Source: Verrucomicrobiota bacterium
Lineage (GTDB): Bacteria; Verrucomicrobiota; Verrucomicrobiia; Limisphaerales; Palsa-1400
Length of the DNA stretch: 53,019 nucleotides
Assembly: GCA_049510745.1 (NCBI GenBank)
Contig: JBEKYR010000038.1
Location: 1-53,019, forward strand
Direction of reading: 5' to 3'
This document shows positions 47,347 through 53,019 of the stretch, in pieces. The notes under the pieces are model-generated. The model had not been told where the DNA came from. It did not search any database and saw nothing but the letters and a program-made list of their open reading frames with translations. Position 1 is the stretch's first letter; the number at the start of each line of letters is the position of its first letter. A program made the translations under genes and the position numbers.

Positions 47347-47364
47347 GTTCAGGCTGTAAAATGA

Positions 47365-47838
47365 TTACCAACGAAAATGCGCGAAGGCCTTGTTGGCCTG
47401 TGCCATCTTATGCACCTCATCACGTTTGCGGATTGCGTTGCCCTGGCCCTGGTAAGCATCCAGGATTTCGCCGGCCAGCGCCTCTTTCATGGCCGTCCCC
47501 TTGCGAGCGTCGGCCAGATCGACCAGCCAGCGCATGGCCAGGGACAACTGGCGGTCGCCGGGGACTTCGACCGGCACTTGGTAAGTGGCGCCGCCGACCC
47601 GGCGGGGCTTGACCTCCAGGCGCGGTTTGGCGTTATCGACCGCGCGCTGGAGAATCTCCAGCGGGTTGGAGTTCGGATTCTTGGCCGCAATCTGATCGAA
47701 GGCGCCATAAACAATCCGCTGCGCGGTGGTCTTCTTGCCTCTGCACATGACCGTGTTGACCAGGCGCGACACCAGCGTGCTGTGGTATTTGCTGTCTTCC
47801 AACAGCGGTCTCTTAACTGCTCGACGACGTCGGGACAT
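47365..47838 (-). CDS. rpsG: 30S ribosomal protein S7
   Basis: RRVGGATYQVP, MAQANKAFAHFRW. Confidence 0.98.
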   Translation of the reverse strand: MSRRRRAVKRPLLEDSKYHSTLVSRLVNTVMCRGKKTTAQRIVYGAFDQIAAKNPNSNPLEILQRAVDNAKPRLEVKPRRVGGATYQVPVEVPGDRQLSLAMRWLVDLADARKGTAMKEALAGEILDAYQGQGNAIRKRDEVHKMAQANKAFAHFRW

Positions 47839-47845
47839 AAATCAG

Positions 47846-48256
47846 TTATTGCGTCACTTCTGCCGGTTTAGGGGCAGCTTTTGCCTCTTTCGGGCGTTTC
47901 ACACCGTATTTCGAGCGGCTGACCCGCCGCTTTTCCACTCCCGCAGCATCCAGCGTGCCACGGACGATGTGGTAACGAACGCCGGGCAAATCCTTGACGC
48001 GTCCGCCGCGCACCAGGACAATGGAGTGTTCCTGCAAATTGTGGCCTTCATCGGGGATATAGGCGATCACCTCGAACCCGTTGGTGAGACGGACTTTGGC
48101 GACTTTGCGCATGGCCGAATTGGGCTTCTTGGGGGTGCGCGTCATCACTTGGATGCAGACCCCGCGGCGAAAAGGCGAGTTCTGCAAGGCCGGAGCTTTG
48201 GACTTGCTGCGCAATTTATTTCGTCCTTTTCGGACGAGTTGATTAATCGTCGGCAT
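47846..48256 (-). CDS. rpsL: 30S ribosomal protein S12
   Basis: [28 protein letters not shown]. Confidence 0.98.
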   Translation of the reverse strand: MPTINQLVRKGRNKLRSKSKAPALQNSPFRRGVCIQVMTRTPKKPNSAMRKVAKVRLTNGFEVIAYIPDEGHNLQEHSIVLVRGGRVKDLPGVRYHIVRGTLDAAGVEKRRVSRSKYGVKRPKEAKAAPKPAEVTQ

Positions 48257-48308
48257 TTGAGCGTAAACGTCTTGCCCCCGCTTTCCCTACTTGGGAAACG
48301 GAGCGCGG

Positions 48309-48337
48309 AATATAATAGACGGCCATCCCCGTGGCAA
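48309..48337 (-). promoter_or_regulatory. sigma70 promoter of the rpsL operon
   Basis: Minus strand TTGCCA-17 nt-TATATT, 52 nt upstream of the rpsL ATG. Confidence 0.7.
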
Positions 48338-48573
48338 CAGTTTTTTTGAAAAAACCAACACCACCCTGCAAAATAGGCCAAAACCGGCCTCTTTCAAGGG
48401 GCAAAAACCGCTTCCCGGACTCCACCGCCGGGAATCTGGCCCGTAATTACTTGGCGTTAATATACATGCCAATCCGGGAATGAAAAGAGAATTCTTGGAT
48501 GTCCCGTGATGACGGGACGTGGCGGCAGATTTGATTTGCTGATTTCATCCAATTGAACCACAATCTTCAAGTC

Positions 48574-48798
48574 ATGCGCGCGCCAGCCGAAAAGGAACAA
48601 GCCACCGGAGGCGTGCCGCCGGAAGCCATCCGGTTGGCGCGCTCGGCTTTGTCCAAATATCCGGATTGCTTTTGGACGCGGCGGCCCGAGGCGCCGGTGG
48701 TGGATCGGAGTGACGTTGAACTGATCGTTCGCCGGCTGCGTGAGAATGGGCAGGCTGCCGCTTGGGAAACCGCCCGCGAGATCGAAGCGTGCCTCTGA
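48574..48798 (+). CDS. Small protein, putative antitoxin
   Basis: KYPDCFW...LIVRRLRENG; overlaps the downstream NTase start; start uncertain (48553/48574). Confidence 0.6.
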   Translation: MRAPAEKEQATGGVPPEAIRLARSALSKYPDCFWTRRPEAPVVDRSDVELIVRRLRENGQAAAWETAREIEACL

Positions 48799-49574
48799 CA
48801 TCCTTCCAATCTGAAGTCCTCCGTCGGCTGGCTGGCAACCGCTCTTCGGAGAGCTATGTGGCCGGCGGCATCGCCCTCAACGCGCGCGAGAATATCCGCT
48901 GGAGCGCCGATGTGGACGTTTTTCACGACGCGGAGGAAGCGGTGATGCGTTCCAGTGAAAAGGATGTCCAAACTCTGGACCAAGCCGGATACGCCGTGCG
49001 GCGGGACATTTGGACGCCAGCCTTTCGCCGGGCGTGGGTGGCGCGCGGCGCGGACGGGGTTAAACTGGAATGGTGCCAGGATTCGGCCTGGCGATTTTTC
49101 CCCATTGAGCCGGACGATTTGCTGGGGTGGAGGCTGCACCGGTTCGACGCCTTGACCAACAAGGCTCTCGCCATGGCCGGACGGGCGGAAACGAGGGATT
49201 TGGTGGACATCGTGGCCAACGCCGCGGAGTGTCCGGTTTTCGCGCTCATTTGGGCCGCTTGCGCCAAAGACCCAGGCTACAATCCAATTCTGCTTTTTAA
49301 TCAAATGCAACGCAACTCGCGCATCAACCCCGCGGAATTACGGGAAATGGGTGCGCGTTATGAACCCCAAGCTCTGAAAGTCCGCTGGCTTGCCCTGGCT
49401 GAGGCGGCGCAGAGCCAGATCGAGCGCGCAGCAGCGGCAGGGACTGAGCCGGGAGTGGCCTTTCTCAACCCGGACGGTCGTATTGGGTGGTTCGACGTTC
49501 CGGGCTGCACCGCGCATAAAGCGGTGTTGGGTGGTTCGCTGCCGCGATTGGTGGGTGTCCACTACGGCGTTTGA
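48789..49574 (+). CDS. AbiEii-like nucleotidyltransferase
   Basis: YVAGGIALN, RWSADVDVF, NKALA..GRAETRDLVD. Confidence 0.72.
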   Translation: MPLTSFQSEVLRRLAGNRSSESYVAGGIALNARENIRWSADVDVFHDAEEAVMRSSEKDVQTLDQAGYAVRRDIWTPAFRRAWVARGADGVKLEWCQDSAWRFFPIEPDDLLGWRLHRFDALTNKALAMAGRAETRDLVDIVANAAECPVFALIWAACAKDPGYNPILLFNQMQRNSRINPAELREMGARYEPQALKVRWLALAEAAQSQIERAAAAGTEPGVAFLNPDGRIGWFDVPGCTAHKAVLGGSLPRLVGVHYGV

Positions 49575-49702
49575 TCTGCGCCCTTCTGCTGGTCATCCTC
49601 CTCATCGTAATCTTAATCCTGTCCCGCCCTCCGGCCTCTCGGCTAAGTTCTTCCCTCAAGCCCTCCGCCAACTCCCAGACCACAATAGAATTCCAGACAT
49701 GG

Positions 49703-50032
49703 TTAGACCCTCGTGAACGCCTCGTGACAGGCGTCGCACAGCAACTTAATCCGTCTATCATTCTCCCAATAAGTGTAACCGTCTTTGATGGTGAACCAGC
49801 AAACGGAGCAATGCTCGTGGTCCCACATGCCTTCGACCAGATCAAACTCCGATTTGTCATATTGCTCGCCATGATAATCTTTCCACATTCGATGACCGTT
49901 CAGCGGCTCTTTGGCAACGAGTGCAGGCCGCGAGGAGAAGGTGCGCTGCTCGAAGTGGCGGTCCCGAATCTGAGCGAATGCCTTGCGATAATATTCGTCG
50001 TCGCGAGAGATGGAATAATCGCCGGATTTCAT
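49703..50032 (-). CDS. Hypothetical protein with His/Cys metal-binding motif
   Basis: WDHEHCSVCW and LCDACH. Confidence 0.6.
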   Translation of the reverse strand: MKSGDYSISRDDEYYRKAFAQIRDRHFEQRTFSSRPALVAKEPLNGHRMWKDYHGEQYDKSEFDLVEGMWDHEHCSVCWFTIKDGYTYWENDRRIKLLCDACHEAFTRV

Positions 50033-50074
50033 TTATGTCAACAATTAACGGACAAACATCGGTTCGTATATTAA

Positions 50075-50095
50075 AAAATCAAGCCTTCAACGCGA
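50075..50095. repeat. 21-bp direct repeat (copy of 50989-51009)
   Basis: AAAATCAAGCCTTCAACGCGA at both sites; includes the stop codon of the 51001-52842 gene. Confidence 0.85.
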
Positions 50096-50220
50096 CCGTC
50101 CTTTTCCACATCGCCGTTGCGTGATTTCCGCAATGACAAATTGAAAATTCTCGATTCCCAATTTTCAATTCCGCCGCAATCTTTTTGTCGAATACTTCCC
50201 TCATGCGGTGAGGCGATTTT

Positions 50221-50814
50221 TCAGGCCTCTTCATCGCGTTTCTGAGCAACAAGACCCCTCACTTTCTCCTCGACAGATTTCACCTCGCGAATGGCCAGGA
50301 AACCGACATCAGTGGAAAACCTGTCACTGTCGCTGTCACGGCGGATGTCTTGCGCGAACACCAAGTCGCCGGAACCGTCCGGATTCTGCTTGCGCCGCAG
50401 ATCAGTCAGACGTTCCGGCTCGAACGAACGCACGGTGATACTGCCGCGCCAACCAGCGGCCAGGACAATCGCCCGGCGATTGGTCAGAACGTAAACACTG
50501 CGTCTGGCTCTGCGACGCATCCAATAGGGACTCGACAGCATCCCCAAGCCGAAGAGAATGAATGGCAACCCAAACAACGGAAACGCATGGAACAGGCCGG
50601 AACCGCCTGCTTTGGACATGCCCGACGCGGCGCTCGCAGTCCAGAAAATCGCGAAGGCCGTCCAAGGGATTCCGAACCAAACAGCCGGCATTGCTTTCCG
50701 GGCCAAACGTCCCGGCAGCGGCTGTGCTGACCACGTCACACGCTCCCCGCCGGTCAGCTCGGAGTCAATCATTCTTTGCAGCTCACGAGGAATTTGAGCG
50801 TCCGGGATCATCAT
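50221..50814 (-). CDS. Membrane protein with bacterial PH-like domain
   Basis: GERVTW..QP, two TM, YVLTNRRAI, DGSGDLVF. Confidence 0.65.
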   Translation of the reverse strand: MMIPDAQIPRELQRMIDSELTGGERVTWSAQPLPGRLARKAMPAVWFGIPWTAFAIFWTASAASGMSKAGGSGLFHAFPLFGLPFILFGLGMLSSPYWMRRRARRSVYVLTNRRAIVLAAGWRGSITVRSFEPERLTDLRRKQNPDGSGDLVFAQDIRRDSDSDRFSTDVGFLAIREVKSVEEKVRGLVAQKRDEEA

Positions 50815-51000
50815 GGCGCAAGCCTTGCGGAAGTCATTCGGCGGAAGCTCTTGCGCTGGCCGCGGAGCGCTGTTGCCGCGCCTGCCTCAGGCGATGTCTC
50901 GACTCTCTCAAAAGGCTTCCAGTTCATTGGCCGAACGAATAAAAGCTGGGACGGTTTCTGACCGCAAAGAATGTCGCCGCCAGCACCCAAAATCAAGCCT

Positions 51001-52842
51001 TCAACGCGATTGTCTTTCTTTCAGTATCTTGATTCCAAATTCGCCGTCTTTGGTCCAGTCGTGGCCGATCAGGCAGACGGGCTGGTAGGCGCGGTTGATC
51101 CACTGCAGGAGTTCGCGGCCGAAGCTGTCGGTGTCGCCGAAAAAATTCACGCCAAATTCGCGGGTGTCCACGCCCAGCAACAGGATGTAGTCCGGCCTGG
51201 CCTGCTGGAGGGCGCGGGTCATGTTGGCCTGGCCAAAGACGGCCAGTTCGGGCGGATTCCAGCGGAGGTAAGGGGTGGGATTGGCGCGGCGCAGCATGTA
51301 ATTGAGCATGACGCCGGCCGGCAGGACGGCCATCGTGGAACCGGCGGGGGTGTTGGCTTGCATCCAGGACAGGGCCTGGCCCATGAGCGCGCCGGTGGGC
51401 CGGAATTCCGGGCGAAACGTCCACAGCTTGTCCGCGCCCTCTCCCACAGAAACGGTTTTTTGCTGATAAACACCTTTGGAGACGAGGATCAAGTTGGTGA
51501 AACCGGTCAGCAGCAGGATGCAGGCAAGGCCGCGCCACCAGTTCGGAGGCACGGCGAATCTTCCCAAAAATTCCGGCACGACGCGCAGCAGGAGAAAGAT
51601 GGCGGTCAAAAACGCGGGCATGGCGAGGGCAAATCCGTAATGCCAGATGCGCGCGTACAACCCCAGCTTGGCCAGCAAAACCAAGCTGAAGACCGCCCAC
51701 AGGGTCATGAAAATCGAGGACGGATTCCAGCCGCCGTTCCGCGCGCGCCAGAGGAGCCAGGCCAGCACGATGACGCAGAGCAAGGGAAGGCTGTGGCCGC
51801 ATTCCACCCAATCAAACAACCACGCCAGCGCCGCCAGCGGCGCGGCCACCAGGATAAAAACCGCGGCATCGCGCCCGCTTTGGCCCCGCCCGCGAAAGAG
51901 AAAGACGCTGACGACAACGATGGCGCCGAGGCCGAGCAAATCGCCCAGCATTCGCGCCACGTGAAAGCCGGGCGTGTCCAACCCCAGACACCACCGATAG
52001 AGCGGGCTTTCCGCCGCCGATGTGGTCAGCACCGGCACCCAGGCCCAGCAAGTCCATCGCAGGCTTTGTTGAAGATTGGCAAACTGAAGAAAATAGACGA
52101 CAAAGACCAGCAGCGGGACCGCGCCCGCCAAGGTCATCAGCCCCAATCCTTCCACCGCCGCTTTGGTCTTTCCCGTCGTGCGCCACGCCAGGAAAAGGCC
52201 CGCCGCGACGGCCGCCGCCAGCGCGAGGAAGACTTCCGGTTTGGTCAAAAACACCAGGCCGCAACAAAAACCAGCCGCCAGCGCGGCGCTCCTTTTTTGC
52301 GCCGCTACCCATTTGGCCAGGAGCGCGACCGCCGCAATCGAGAGGATCAGCCCGTGATAAATTTCCTGGCAGTAGGGCGCGACATAAGTGAAAACCTCGA
52401 AGTTGCTGTAATCGCCGAAAGCGAACACCAGCAGGATGGCCAGGCCGGACATCAGGGCGGTCAGTTGATCGGCGGCCTGATAAAAGCACCGGTAAACCAA
52501 CCCCAGGAGCAGGGCCAGGAGGACCAGGTTGGCCGCGGCCAGTGTCAAGAATGAAACCCCGAAAACCCGGAACAAAAGCGCGTCGAAGCATTGCGAAAAC
52601 GGGCCGCCGGTCATGTAAGCCAGGTCCCGATACAGCACGGCCCCGGTGGACATCTTCCAGGGAATGTAAAGTTGCAGCCCGAAATCCAGCAGCAGGTCGG
52701 GCCATTTGCGCCAGCTCAGCGCGACCAGGCCCGCCAGCACGCATCCGAGGACCGCCGCGGCGAACAGAAAGTCCCGCCGGGCGGAGTGGCCGGCTGGCGT
52801 TTGAGGGTCTGCAGCGGGCATTGGCTCCGACATCATGGGCAA
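51001..52842 (-). CDS. GT-C fold membrane glycosyltransferase-like protein
   Basis: DFG.QLY, GAVLYRD...GP, LTKPE, multi-TM. Confidence 0.7.
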   Translation of the reverse strand: MPMMSEPMPAADPQTPAGHSARRDFLFAAAVLGCVLAGLVALSWRKWPDLLLDFGLQLYIPWKMSTGAVLYRDLAYMTGGPFSQCFDALLFRVFGVSFLTLAAANLVLLALLLGLVYRCFYQAADQLTALMSGLAILLVFAFGDYSNFEVFTYVAPYCQEIYHGLILSIAAVALLAKWVAAQKRSAALAAGFCCGLVFLTKPEVFLALAAAVAAGLFLAWRTTGKTKAAVEGLGLMTLAGAVPLLVFVVYFLQFANLQQSLRWTCWAWVPVLTTSAAESPLYRWCLGLDTPGFHVARMLGDLLGLGAIVVVSVFLFRGRGQSGRDAAVFILVAAPLAALAWLFDWVECGHSLPLLCVIVLAWLLWRARNGGWNPSSIFMTLWAVFSLVLLAKLGLYARIWHYGFALAMPAFLTAIFLLLRVVPEFLGRFAVPPNWWRGLACILLLTGFTNLILVSKGVYQQKTVSVGEGADKLWTFRPEFRPTGALMGQALSWMQANTPAGSTMAVLPAGVMLNYMLRRANPTPYLRWNPPELAVFGQANMTRALQQARPDYILLLGVDTREFGVNFFGDTDSFGRELLQWINRAYQPVCLIGHDWTKDGEFGIKILKERQSR

Positions 52843-53019
52843 GCTACCAGTCTCCCGGCCGCAGACAAGTTCTCAATTCCCATCTTCGGACCCAAATCTC
52901 GTATAGCTTCCCCGACGTTGTTCATCGGCTGAGCAAGGGCGCCCCGGTTTGCCCCTCCGCTCAGACGGTGAACAACGTCGTCGCCGCGCGCCGAAGGCAA
53001 ATGATGCTTCGATTCCCAT

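Noticed and set aside
45273..47612. 779-aa + strand ORF
   Set aside because: Antisense shadow of fusA and rpsG
50815..50960. Integron attC site (GCCGAAC / GTTCGGC core)
   Set aside because: No convincing paired R''/R' and L boxes found by eye, and no integron integrase; IntegronFinder would settle it

Overview
High-GC bacterial chromosome segment. Gene content (DUF1559-type prepilin-like protein, tuf-less str/S10 region, bS22-like peptide after hisG) suggests PVC superphylum, probably Verrucomicrobia; this is an inference. The housekeeping backbone is purN, hisG, a TPR protein, OYE, cca, addB, a two-component system, sufT, galM, ABC-2 permeases, maf, an MFS transporter, gamma-CA and rpsL-rpsG-fusA-rpsJ-rplC-rplD-rplW. 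Several small accessory inserts interrupt it. (1) An AT-richer two-gene operon, DndB/DGQHR-like ParB-fold protein plus RxxxxH HEPN-like protein, followed by an ~850-bp non-coding repeat field; this is the best candidate for an undescribed defence system. (2) McrBC with a multi-domain McrB. (3) Three separate nucleotidyltransferase TA-like modules. (4) An 8.9-kb integrase-less ECF-sigma/CsgG-like envelope cassette flanked by a ~68-bp duplication of the rplW 3' end and carrying two copies of a probable ECF promoter. A small membrane protein also carries a ParB-like N-terminal peptide. No rRNA, tRNA, CRISPR array, integrase or transposase was recognised. All calls are from motif reading, without database searches.
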